DNA of 64,000 bases, taken from positions 3,168,001 to 3,232,000 of the forward strand of contig CAUVXB020000002.1 of assembly GCA_963555825.3 (NCBI GenBank), in the 5' to 3' direction. The stretch is from Alphaproteobacteria bacterium. Lineage in GTDB: Bacteria; Pseudomonadota; Alphaproteobacteria; JAAXGF01. Position numbers and translations under genes: made by a program. Below, in pieces: positions 1 to 8,899 of this stretch. The notes under the pieces are model-generated. The model saw nothing but the letters and a program-made list of their open reading frames with translations, had not been told where the DNA came from and searched no databases. The first letter of the stretch is position 1. Every line of letters starts with the position of its first letter.

Positions 1-932
1 CGCTCGAGGGTCTGTTCGCCCTCGAGAACGCCTACGCCGCGGCGATCCTGGCCGGCGCGCTCAGTGTCGAGGCGGCACTCGGCAGCGCCGGGCCGTTCGA
101 TCCACGGATTCACGCGGTGCGCGGCCAGCGTGGCCAGGCCGACCTCGCGGCGGTCTATCTCGGCCTGCTGGAGGACAGCGAATTTCGCGCCGCCAACGCC
201 GCCGCGGGACGCGTCCAGGACCCCTACAGCCTGCGCTGCCAGCCGCAGGTCATGGGCGCTTCACTCGACGCCATGCGGTTCGCCGTCGAGACGCTGGGCC
301 GCGAGGTCAACGCGGTGACCGACAACCCGCTGATCTTCGCCGATACCGGCGACATCCTCTATGGCGGCAATTTCCACGCCCAGCCGGTCGGCATGGCGGC
401 CGATGTAATGGCGCTCGCGCTCGCCGAGACAGGCTCGATGTCCGAGCGGCGCATCGCGCTGCTGACCGACGCCAACATGAGCGGCTTGCCGCCCTTCCTG
501 ACCGCCGAAAGCGGGCTCAACTCCGGTTTCATGGTGGCCCATGTCACGGCGGCGGCGCTGGCCAGCGAGAACAAGGCCCTGGCCAACCCACGCAGCACCG
601 ACAGCCTGCCGACGACGGCCAATTTCGAAGACTATGTCTCGATGGCGACCCACGCGGCGCGGCGGCTCTCCGAGATGGCGGACAATTTGGCGGGCATCGT
701 CGCGATCGAACTGCTGGCGTCGTGCCAGGGCGTGCACCTGCGGCGTCCGCTGCGCGCGAGCGCGGTGCTCGAAGGCGTTGTCGACAGCGTGCACGGCGTG
801 GCGCCGCCGTTCGACGAGGACCGATTCTTCGCGCCCAGCATCGAGGCGGTCAAATCACTGATCGTCGGCGGCCATTTCCGGGCACTCGTGCCAGCCGAAA
901 TCCTACCGACGGGTGATACCAAGGATCAGTGA
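1..932 (+). CDS. hutH: Histidine ammonia-lyase family protein (5' end outside window)
   Basis: Frame is open from the window start. Motifs VQDPYSLRCQPQV, NAVTDNPL, GGNFHAQP, LPPFL...GLNSGFM and EDYVSM are typical of HAL. Confidence 0.85.
   Translation, partial: LEGLFALENAYAAAILAGALSVEAALGSAGPFDPRIHAVRGQRGQADLAAVYLGLLEDSEFRAANAAAGRVQDPYSLRCQPQVMGASLDAMRFAVETLGREVNAVTDNPLIFADTGDILYGGNFHAQPVGMAADVMALALAETGSMSERRIALLTDANMSGLPPFLTAESGLNSGFMVAHVTAAALASENKALANPRSTDSLPTTANFEDYVSMATHAARRLSEMADNLAGIVAIELLASCQGVHLRRPLRASAVLEGVVDSVHGVAPPFDEDRFFAPSIEAVKSLIVGGHFRALVPAEILPTGDTKDQ
917..932 (+). repeat. Solo partial terminal inverted repeat of MITE-A family (TACCAAGGATCAGTGA)
   Basis: 15/16 match to the TIR of the element at 10317-10577. 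It supplies the last codons and stop of hutH. Confidence 0.75.
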
Positions 933-945
933 GGCTGTTGCGCGC

Positions 946-1293
946 TCAACGCTCGCCGCGCACCCGGGCGAACAGCTCCTGCAGCCCCATCGGCACGACG
1001 ACGACCTGGTCGATCGCCGCCTGGACCTGCTCGGAAGTCATCGACCACTCGTCGCCCTTGAACTCGGCGATCACCGTCTCGGTGAAGACCGGGTAGTTAT
1101 CGAACGCCTGCTGGGCGTCGCCGCAGTGATCGGCCAACAGGGCCAGCGCGAGACGCCGTGGGCCGGCACCCTCGTAACCCCACTCGAAGCCGCCGTCCGA
1201 CGATCGGCCGAGGTCCATCCTGGGATCGAGGGGCTGGTCGTCGACCGTGACGGCGCAGCCCTGTGGCGAGCGAACGCCCTTGTAAATTTTCAT
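946..1293 (-). CDS. DUF6166-like small protein
   Basis: LDPRMDL..S.DGGFEWGYEGAGPRRLALALLAD motif. Upstream SD GAAGGAGG. Confidence 0.7.
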   Translation of the reverse strand: MKIYKGVRSPQGCAVTVDDQPLDPRMDLGRSSDGGFEWGYEGAGPRRLALALLADHCGDAQQAFDNYPVFTETVIAEFKGDEWSMTSEQVQAAIDQVVVVPMGLQELFARVRGER

Positions 1294-1347
1294 GCTGCGC
1301 CTCCTTCGCCGACGCCTGTCTCACCTTGCGCCCGTAGCGTTCCGCGG

Positions 1348-2232
1348 TCAACCGCCTGGTCTGGACGACCTCAGCACCAGCGTATGCCAGCCGGCCAGCG
1401 CGATGCGCTCGACCAATGCGAGGCGCCGGGCGCGATAGGCGGCGAGCACGGCGCGTTCCTGGCGCGCCAGCAGGCCCGACAGCACGACGACGCCACCCGG
1501 TGCGAGACGCGCGGCAAGCCCCGGCGCGAACGCGATCAGCGGGCGGGCCAGGATATTGGCGGCGATCAGGTCGTAGGGCGCGCGCGTGCGCAGCGGCGCG
1601 GCGCGCATGCCGTCGCTCACCGTCACGCGGACGAGACCGGCGACGCGGTTGAGGCGTGCGTTCTCGCGCGCGGTGCGCACCGCGGCGGCGTCGATGTCGG
1701 CGGCGATCACGTCGGCGCCCCAGGTCTTGGCGATGGCGAGCGCCAGGATGCCCGTGCCGCAGCCGAGGTCGAGCGCGCGGCGAACGGTATGGCGCCGCGC
1801 CAGGCGATCGAGCGCCAGAAGACAGCCGCGCGTCGTCTCGTGTTCGCCCGAGCCGAAGGCCGGTCCGGCATCGACCTCGAGGTCGATCGGGCCGCCACGG
1901 GCCGGCGGCAGATGACTGCCGTGAACGTAGTAACGCCCGGCACGGATCGGCGGGAAAGCGGCGCGCGTCGCCGCCAGCCAATCGGTCTCGGGCACGACTT
2001 CGATCGCCACGGCCGGCGGTGCCACCCCGAGCGCCGCCGCCGCGACCATGACGCGCGCCTCGAGCGCCGCGGCGTCGGGCGCGGCGGCGGTCAGCGCTTC
2101 GACCGTCCAGTCGGCGCCTTCCTCGAAATTCGACACCGCGATGGCGCCGTCGGCGAGCGCCGCCTCGAAGCCGGCGACCTGGGCTTCAGACGCGCTCAGT
2201 GCGATGCGCCACATGCCGGCGGCGCGGGGCAC
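1348..2232 (-). CDS. prmA: Ribosomal protein L11 methyltransferase
   Basis: AFGSGEHETT, LDLGCGTGILA, YDLIAANILA and LSGLL motifs. The GTG start abuts the uvrD stop. Confidence 0.92.
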   Translation of the reverse strand: MPRAAGMWRIALSASEAQVAGFEAALADGAIAVSNFEEGADWTVEALTAAAPDAAALEARVMVAAAALGVAPPAVAIEVVPETDWLAATRAAFPPIRAGRYYVHGSHLPPARGGPIDLEVDAGPAFGSGEHETTRGCLLALDRLARRHTVRRALDLGCGTGILALAIAKTWGADVIAADIDAAAVRTARENARLNRVAGLVRVTVSDGMRAAPLRTRAPYDLIAANILARPLIAFAPGLAARLAPGGVVVLSGLLARQERAVLAAYRARRLALVERIALAGWHTLVLRSSRPGG

Positions 2233-2233
2233 G

Positions 2234-4486
2234 TCACGCCGGGCGGACAAAGCTGTCGATGACTTTCTTGGCGCCGGCCTTGTCGAAGACGATCTCGAGT
2301 TTGTTGCCGTCGATCGCGCTGATCCGGCCGTAGCCGAATTTTTGGTGGAACACGCGGGCGCCGGGCGCGAAGGTGTCGGGCGCGTGGTCGACCGCGTCGT
2401 AGCTCACCGCGTCGGCCGCCGGTTGCCTGCGTCGCCGCGACCAGCCGCCCAGCGCGCGGGAGAAATTGCCGGGTTCCTCGTTGAGGCCACCGTAGAGGCC
2501 GGGCGCCGCGAGCCGTTCGACATGCTCGTCGGGCAGCTCGTCGACGAAGCGCGACGGGATGCTGCTTTGCCATTGGTTGTAGATGCGCCGGTTGGCGGCG
2601 TGCGAGATCTGCACCCGCTGGCGCGCCCGGGTGATGCCGACATAGGCGAGACGGCGCTCCTCCTCGAGCCCCTTGGCGCCGTTTTCCTGCAGCGCGAGTT
2701 CGTGCGGGAACAGACCCTCCTCCCAGCCGGCCAGGAACACCGTGTCGAACTCGAGGCCCTTGGCGCTGTGCAGCGTCATGATGTTGACCATGTCGCCGTC
2801 GGCCCGATCGTCGATGTCCATAACCAGGCTGACGTGCTCGAGGAAGGCCTCGAGCGTCTCGAACTCGACGATCGCGCGGACCAGTTCGGTCAGGTTCTCG
2901 AGCCGGCCGGGCGCCGCCGGCGACTTGTCGTTCTGCAGCATCGCGGTGTAGCCCGATTCGTCGAGCATGATCTCGATCACCTCGGCGTGCGGCAGGTCGC
3001 CCAACAGGCCGCGCCAGCGGTCGATGCTGTCGATCAGCCTGCCCATCGATGCACGCGCCTGGGGGCGCAGCTCGTCGGTCTCGATCACCGCGCGCGCCGC
3101 CCGGGTCAGCGGCCAGCCGCGCGCCCGGGCGAGCTCGTGGACGACGCGCAGCGAGGCGTCGCCCAGGCCGCGCTTGGGCACATTGACGATGCGCTCGAAG
3201 GCGAGATCGATGTCGGGCTGGACGGTGACGCGCATATAGGCGATCGCGTCGCGGATCTCCTGGCGCTCGTAAAAGCGCAGGCCGCCGATCACCCGGTACG
3301 GCATGCCGATGGTGATGAAGCGCTCCTCGAAGGCGCGCGTCTGGAAGCCGGCGCGCACCAGCACGGCGACTTCGGCGCGCTTGTGGCCCTTGCGCTCGAG
3401 CGACTCGATCTCCTCGCCGACGACGCGCGCCTCCTCGTCGCCGTCCCAGACGCCGCGCACGATGACCTTCTCGCCGCCCGGCGTATCGGTCCACAGCGTC
3501 TTGCCGAGCCGGCCCTCGTTGTGCGCGATCAGGCCCGAGGCGGCGCCGAGGATCGGCTGGGTCGAGCGGTAATTGCGCTCGAGCCGGAGCACCTTGGCGC
3601 CCGGGAAGTCGTGCTCGAAGCGCAGGATGTTGCCGACCTCGGCGCCGCGCCAGCCGTAGATCGACTGGTCGTCGTCGCCGACGCAGCAGATGTTCTTGTG
3701 CGCTTGCGCGAGCAGCCGGAGCCACAGGTATTGGGCGACGTTGGTGTCCTGGTATTCGTCGACCAGGATGTAGTGGAAGCGCCGCTGCCAGTCGCGCAGC
3801 ACCTCGGCGTCGGTGGTGAACAGCGTTAGGCAGTGCAGCAAGAGATCGCCGAAGTCGGCCGCGTTGAGCGCCGCGAGCCGCTCCTGATAGGCGCGGTAGA
3901 GCCGCACGGCGCGGCCGTTGGCGAAGTCGCCGGCGTCGGACGCATCGACCTTGTCGGGCGTCAGGCCGCGGTCCTTCCAGCGCTGGATGATGGCGCCGAG
4001 CGAGCGCGCCGGCCAGCGTTTCTCGTCGATGTCATGGGCGGCGAGGATCTGGCGTATCAGGCGCAGCTGATCGTCGGTGTCGATGATCGTGAAGTTGGGC
4101 TTGAGGCCGACCAGCTCGGCGTGGCGCCTTAAGATGCGCGCGCCGATCGCGTGGAAGGTGCCGAACCACAGCCCCTCGACGTCCTGGCCGATGAGTGACG
4201 CGACGCGGCCGACCATCTCGCGCGCCGCCTTGTTGGTGAAGGTGACGGCGAGCACCTGGCCGGGCCAGGCGCGGCCCGAGATCAGGATATGCGCGATGCG
4301 TGTCGTCAGCACCCGGGTCTTGCCGGTGCCGGCGCCGGCGAGCACCAGAACCGGCCCTTCGGTCGCCTCGACGGCGTCGCGTTGGGCCTCGTTCAACTCG
4401 GCCAAATACGGGGCGGCCGGCGCCGCGCCGGCAGGCGCGGGAGGCTCGTCGTCATCGAAACTCGAAAGGTCGAACGGGTCGGACAT
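2234..4486 (-). CDS. uvrD: ATP-dependent DNA helicase UvrD/PcrA
   Basis: AGAGTGKT, VTFTNKAA, VDEYQDTN, GDDDQSIYGWRGA, TLHSAKGLEF and EERRLAYVGITRA. Confidence 0.96.
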   Translation of the reverse strand: MSDPFDLSSFDDDEPPAPAGAAPAAPYLAELNEAQRDAVEATEGPVLVLAGAGTGKTRVLTTRIAHILISGRAWPGQVLAVTFTNKAAREMVGRVASLIGQDVEGLWFGTFHAIGARILRRHAELVGLKPNFTIIDTDDQLRLIRQILAAHDIDEKRWPARSLGAIIQRWKDRGLTPDKVDASDAGDFANGRAVRLYRAYQERLAALNAADFGDLLLHCLTLFTTDAEVLRDWQRRFHYILVDEYQDTNVAQYLWLRLLAQAHKNICCVGDDDQSIYGWRGAEVGNILRFEHDFPGAKVLRLERNYRSTQPILGAASGLIAHNEGRLGKTLWTDTPGGEKVIVRGVWDGDEEARVVGEEIESLERKGHKRAEVAVLVRAGFQTRAFEERFITIGMPYRVIGGLRFYERQEIRDAIAYMRVTVQPDIDLAFERIVNVPKRGLGDASLRVVHELARARGWPLTRAARAVIETDELRPQARASMGRLIDSIDRWRGLLGDLPHAEVIEIMLDESGYTAMLQNDKSPAAPGRLENLTELVRAIVEFETLEAFLEHVSLVMDIDDRADGDMVNIMTLHSAKGLEFDTVFLAGWEEGLFPHELALQENGAKGLEEERRLAYVGITRARQRVQISHAANRRIYNQWQSSIPSRFVDELPDEHVERLAAPGLYGGLNEEPGNFSRALGGWSRRRRQPAADAVSYDAVDHAPDTFAPGARVFHQKFGYGRISAIDGNKLEIVFDKAGAKKVIDSFVRPA

Positions 4487-4541
4487 GGGCAGCAACTATA
4501 TAGCGCCCGACGACGCGGAATGCACGCCTCGGCGACGCCAT

Positions 4542-4565
4542 TAGCCGGAATTTTTCACCATCGAC
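4542..4565 (+). repeat. Possible degenerate solo TIR of MITE-B family
   Basis: TAGCCGGAATTTTTCACCATCGAC matches 18/24 to each TIR of the element at 38688-38959. Confidence 0.4.
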
Positions 4566-4689
4566 GATTCCGCCGTAATGACCCATCAGCCTGCGACCGC
4601 AGGCCGCCGACCGTTCGGCGGAAGCAAGCGCGGCGACTGAGCGCAGGTCGTCTTTGCAAAGCAAAGATGACCGTACAAAAACGCGCCAA

Positions 4690-6447
4690 TTATTGATGGT
4701 GATCGGCGATCAGCGCGCGGTTGTGGGCGATCAGCACGTCGGTGCGGTGGACGACGCCGATGACGCGCCGCGTCGCGGTGCCGTCGACGACCGGCAGATG
4801 CTCGGTCTGTTCGGCGTCCATCACCTCGAGGAGGTGCTCGAGGCTGTCGTCGGCGAGCGCCGCGGCGCCGTGCTCGCGCGCGATGTGCTCGGCGTTGACG
4901 ATCCCGTCGGCGCCGTCGGCGAAGGCGAATTCACTCAGCTCGTCGAAGGTCAGCGAGCCGCACAGCCGCGCGTCGCCGTCGACGACGAAGAAGACGCCGT
5001 GCGGATCGACGCGCAGCAGTTCGCGGATTTCGTCGATCTTCATCTCGCGCGGCACGCGGCGCACGGTCTCGTTCATCACCTCGCGCACCGACATGGTCTG
5101 TAACAGGCCGGCGGCGCGGTCGCGCGCGACGTCGACGCCGCGGCGGGCGAGCACCCAGTGGAAGTACGACTTGCCCGGAATACGTCGGGTGACCACGGCG
5201 GCGACGGCGCTGGCGATCATCACCGCGATGGTGATGCCGTAGTCGCCGGTGATCTCGAAGACGATCAGGATGGTCGAAATCGGCGCGCCGAGCACGGCGG
5301 AAGCGACCGCGCCCATGCCGATGATCGTATAGGCCCCGGGCGAGGTGGCGAGCTCGGGGAACACCGTGCCGGCCATGCTGCCGAACGCGCCGCCGACCAT
5401 GGCGCCGATGAACAGCGAGGGGCTGAACACCCCGCCGGCGAAGCCCGAGCCGAGCGAGATCGCCGTCGCCGCCACCTTGGCGACGGCGAGCACGATCAGC
5501 AGCGCGAGCGACAGCTCGACCTGCAGCGCGAGGTCGGTCGCCTCGTAGCCGACGCCCAGCACCTGCGGGAAGAAGACCGCGATGACGCCGACCACGAGGC
5601 CGCCCGCCGCGGGCCGCGACCAGGGCGGGATCGGCAGCCGCGCCATGGTGTCCTGGGTGAACATGATCGACCACATGAAGATGCCGGCGACCGCCGCCGA
5701 GACCAGCCCCAGCATGGCGAAGGCGGGAAATTCGAGGAACGAGACGATGCCGAACTCGGGCACCACGAAGGCCGGGAAGTTGCCGAACTGCATGCGGGCG
5801 ATGATGGTGCCGACGACCGACGCGATGACGACCGGCGCGAAGGCGGCCAGCGCATAGTGGCCGATGACCACCTCGAGGGCGAAGAAGACGCCGGCGATCG
5901 GCGCGTTGAACGACGCCGCGATGCCCGCGGCGACGCCGCAGCCGAGTAGCGTCAACGCGGCGTTGCGGTTGAGCCGGAGCCGCTTGGCGATCGATGCCGC
6001 GATCGTCGCGCCGAGATGGATCACCGGACCTTCGCGGCCGACCGAGGCGCCGAAGCCGATCGAGGTGGCGGCCGCCAGCGCCGCGCCGATGCCGGTGCCG
6101 AGCGCCATGCGTCCGGCGCGCAGCGAGCCCGCCTCGATGACGTCGGCGACGCCATGATTGCGCCGGCCCGGCATGACGAAGTGGACGAACAACCCGACCA
6201 GCAGGCCACCGGCGACGGGCGCCAGCAAGAGCTGCCACCAGGGCAAATAGTTCGAGATGCTGAGCAGATAATCGGAATCGGAACCGAAGGCGAAGAGCTG
6301 GATCATGGCGATCAGCTCGCGGAAAACGATCGCGCCATAGCCCGCCAGCGCGCCGATGACGACCGCCAGCAGCGACAGGATGAACTGTTCGTTGCGCAGC
6401 GACTTTCGCCAGCTCGTCAGAACCGACTTGAGTTCCAGGCGTTCCAC
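4690..6447 (-). CDS. ClC-family chloride channel/antiporter with C-terminal CBS domains
   Basis: GASVGREGPVIH, ASFNAPIAG and GFAGGVFSPSL signatures, followed by a CBS pair. Confidence 0.93.
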   Translation of the reverse strand: MERLELKSVLTSWRKSLRNEQFILSLLAVVIGALAGYGAIVFRELIAMIQLFAFGSDSDYLLSISNYLPWWQLLLAPVAGGLLVGLFVHFVMPGRRNHGVADVIEAGSLRAGRMALGTGIGAALAAATSIGFGASVGREGPVIHLGATIAASIAKRLRLNRNAALTLLGCGVAAGIAASFNAPIAGVFFALEVVIGHYALAAFAPVVIASVVGTIIARMQFGNFPAFVVPEFGIVSFLEFPAFAMLGLVSAAVAGIFMWSIMFTQDTMARLPIPPWSRPAAGGLVVGVIAVFFPQVLGVGYEATDLALQVELSLALLIVLAVAKVAATAISLGSGFAGGVFSPSLFIGAMVGGAFGSMAGTVFPELATSPGAYTIIGMGAVASAVLGAPISTILIVFEITGDYGITIAVMIASAVAAVVTRRIPGKSYFHWVLARRGVDVARDRAAGLLQTMSVREVMNETVRRVPREMKIDEIRELLRVDPHGVFFVVDGDARLCGSLTFDELSEFAFADGADGIVNAEHIAREHGAAALADDSLEHLLEVMDAEQTEHLPVVDGTATRRVIGVVHRTDVLIAHNRALIADHHQ

Positions 6448-6490
6448 AATGAATCAGTAGCCCGCGCGGCGCGGCGCGGAAAGGCCAAAA

Positions 6491-6510
6491 TTTATCACTG
6501 ATCCTTGGTA
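6491..6510 (-). repeat. Solo TIR of MITE-A family (TACCAAGGATCAGTGATAAA)
   Basis: 19/20 match to the 10317 TIR. It begins immediately after the TGA of the thioesterase gene. Confidence 0.8.
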
Positions 6511-7002
6511 TCAGCCCGTCTTCGGCCGTTTGAGCGCGATGACGCTGCCGACCTCGTCGGGGCGTGGCAAATCGGCGTGCGCCGCCCGAATCTCTTCGAG
6601 CCAGCCGGCGATCTTGGCTGGAAACGGCGCCGAGCGGCGCACCGAAAGATCGACATGGATCGACAGCAACTCGGTCGTCGCCGCGAGGAAGCCCTTCTCG
6701 GCATGGTGCATGCGGCTGAAGTAATGCAGTCGCTTGTCGTCGAAGCCGAGCAGGTGCGTGGTGACCCGGAACCGCTCGCCCAAGCGCAGTTCGCCCCGGT
6801 AGTTGACATGCGTCTCGAGCGCGAACATCGAACAGTTTGTCGCCGCCATGTAGTCGGGGCCGACGCCGACGAAGTCGTACAGCCCGTCGGTGCCGTATTC
6901 GAAAGCGAGCACGTAATAGGCCACGTTCATATGGTCGTTGAGGTCGATCCACGCGGGCTCGACGTCGCCTTGGTAGGTCGTGAGCGGCGCATCTATCGTC
7001 AT
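6511..7002 (-). CDS. Thioesterase (4HBT/hotdog fold)
   Basis: WIDLNDHMNVAYY motif and ETHVNYRGEL. Confidence 0.88.
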   Translation of the reverse strand: MTIDAPLTTYQGDVEPAWIDLNDHMNVAYYVLAFEYGTDGLYDFVGVGPDYMAATNCSMFALETHVNYRGELRLGERFRVTTHLLGFDDKRLHYFSRMHHAEKGFLAATTELLSIHVDLSVRRSAPFPAKIAGWLEEIRAAHADLPRPDEVGSVIALKRPKTG

Positions 7003-7136
7003 GGCGCGGGATGATAGCCGATCGCCGCGCGGTAGCGAAAGCGCCGGGAGGGCGCGCGGCGACGGGAATCGCCTTGCACCGGCATCCGCTCCCGCCAATA
7101 CTGGCCGCGCCCAGCCGGCTGCACAGCGAGACCAGG

Positions 7137-8840
7137 ATGAACCGCAAGGAACGGCGCCAGCAGGCGAAGCGTCAGCGCCGCCCGAGACGCGCCGCGGGTG
7201 ACGGCGGCGGCGACGTCGAGGCCATGCTCGGGGTTGCCGTCAAGCACCACCAGGCCGGCCGGTTGGCCGAGGCCGAGGCGCTCTACCGCAGGGTTCTCGC
7301 CGCCCGGCCCGGCCAGCCCGACGCGCTGCATTTCCTCGGCGTTCTGGCCTATCAGTCGGGCCGTCACGAGGCTGCCGCCGAGCTCATCGGCCAGGCCATC
7401 GCGGCCGATTCGACCAATCCCGGCTATCACGCCAACCTGGGCAACGTCCTCAAGGCGCGGGGCGAGTTCGACGCCGCGCTCGCCGCCTACCACCAGGCCA
7501 TCGCGCTGATGCCCGATTTTGGCGACGCCCACTTCAACCTGGGCAACACGCTGCAGGCGACGGGGCGGATGGACGAGGCGGCCGAGGCGTTTCGCCGCGC
7601 CGCCGACATCGACCCGAACGCCGTCGAGGCCCATTACAACCTGGGAAACGCCTTGCTGGCGCTGGAGACGCCGGAGGAGGCGGAAATGGCCTATCGGCGG
7701 GTGCTGGCGCTCCAGCCCGATCACGCCGGCGCCCACAACAACCTGGGCTCGGCGCTGCTCGCCCTGGACCGGCGCGAAGAGGCCCGCGCCGCCTTCGAGC
7801 ATGCCCTCGCCGTCCGTCCCGACTACGCCGAGGCGCATTACAACCTTGGCGTCCTGTTGCGGCGCCAGGCCCAGCCGCGTCCGGCGCTGGGGCATTTCGA
7901 CGCGGCGCTGGAGGCCAGCCCCGAGGCCATGCAATACCACCACGCCCGCGCCGAGGCGCTGGCCCAGGTGGTGCCCGCCTGGCATTTCCCGATGATGAAC
8001 GACGGGCCGCGCAACGCTGTCTTCCAGCAGGCCATCGAGAAGGCGGTAACGCCCGGGTCGCGGGTCTTCGAGGTCGGCACGGGTTCGGGTCTGCTGGCCA
8101 TGATGGCGGCGCGCGCCGGTGCCGCCCGGGTGACCAGTTGCGAGGTGGTGCCGGAGATCGCCGAGCGGGCGCGCGCTGTGGTCGAGGCCAACGGCTTGGC
8201 GGACAGGGTGACCGTGCTGGCCAAGGGCTCGACCGAGGTCGCCGTCGGCGAGGACCTGGACGCGCGCTGCGACCTGCTGATCGCGGAAATCATCAGCGAC
8301 GGGCTGATCGGCGAGGGCGTCGCCGAATCCCTGCACCACGCGCGCCGCGAGCTGCTCGAGCCGGGCGGCCAGGTCATCCCCCGTGGCGGCACGATCATGG
8401 CGGCCCTGGTCGGCGCCGAGGGCCTCGGCAAGTTCGTCACCGTCGACGAGGTGTCGGGGTTCGACCTGAGCGCCTTCAACACGCTGGCGCCGCTCCGTGT
8501 CACTCTGGTCGAGGGCAGTTTCAGCGTCGAATACCTGTCGCGGCCCGAGGCCGTCTTCGCGTACGACTTCACCGCCGACATCGCCTTCGAGCCACCGCGG
8601 ACGATCGCCTTCGAGGCGCTGGACGAGGGAACCTGTGTCGGTCTGGTCCAGTGGATCCGCCTCGCCATCGACGACGAGATCACCATTGAGAACCGCCCGG
8701 GCGGTGCCGGCGGCCATTCGCACTGGCACGCCTCGCTCTACCGCTTCCTCGCGCCCGTCGCGGTGACGGCGGGCCAGCGGGTGCACGTGCGCGCCGAGCA
8801 GAGCGGCGCCGACAGCCTCTTTTTCCAGGTCGTTGAGTGA
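7137..8840 (+). CDS. TPR-repeat protein fused to PRMT7/PRMT9-like SAM-dependent methyltransferase
   Basis: About 7 TPRs (AHxNLG..L), then WHFPMMNDGPRN, VFEVGTGSGLLAMMAARAGA, VTSCE, DLLIAEIISDGLIGEG, LLEPGGQVIP and SHW. Confidence 0.85.
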   Translation: MNRKERRQQAKRQRRPRRAAGDGGGDVEAMLGVAVKHHQAGRLAEAEALYRRVLAARPGQPDALHFLGVLAYQSGRHEAAAELIGQAIAADSTNPGYHANLGNVLKARGEFDAALAAYHQAIALMPDFGDAHFNLGNTLQATGRMDEAAEAFRRAADIDPNAVEAHYNLGNALLALETPEEAEMAYRRVLALQPDHAGAHNNLGSALLALDRREEARAAFEHALAVRPDYAEAHYNLGVLLRRQAQPRPALGHFDAALEASPEAMQYHHARAEALAQVVPAWHFPMMNDGPRNAVFQQAIEKAVTPGSRVFEVGTGSGLLAMMAARAGAARVTSCEVVPEIAERARAVVEANGLADRVTVLAKGSTEVAVGEDLDARCDLLIAEIISDGLIGEGVAESLHHARRELLEPGGQVIPRGGTIMAALVGAEGLGKFVTVDEVSGFDLSAFNTLAPLRVTLVEGSFSVEYLSRPEAVFAYDFTADIAFEPPRTIAFEALDEGTCVGLVQWIRLAIDDEITIENRPGGAGGHSHWHASLYRFLAPVAVTAGQRVHVRAEQSGADSLFFQVVE

Positions 8841-8899
8841 CCGAGCCCGCGTCGCGGCGCGACGTTGCGGTCGCGCGTCGGTCGCCCTAGGTTAAAACC

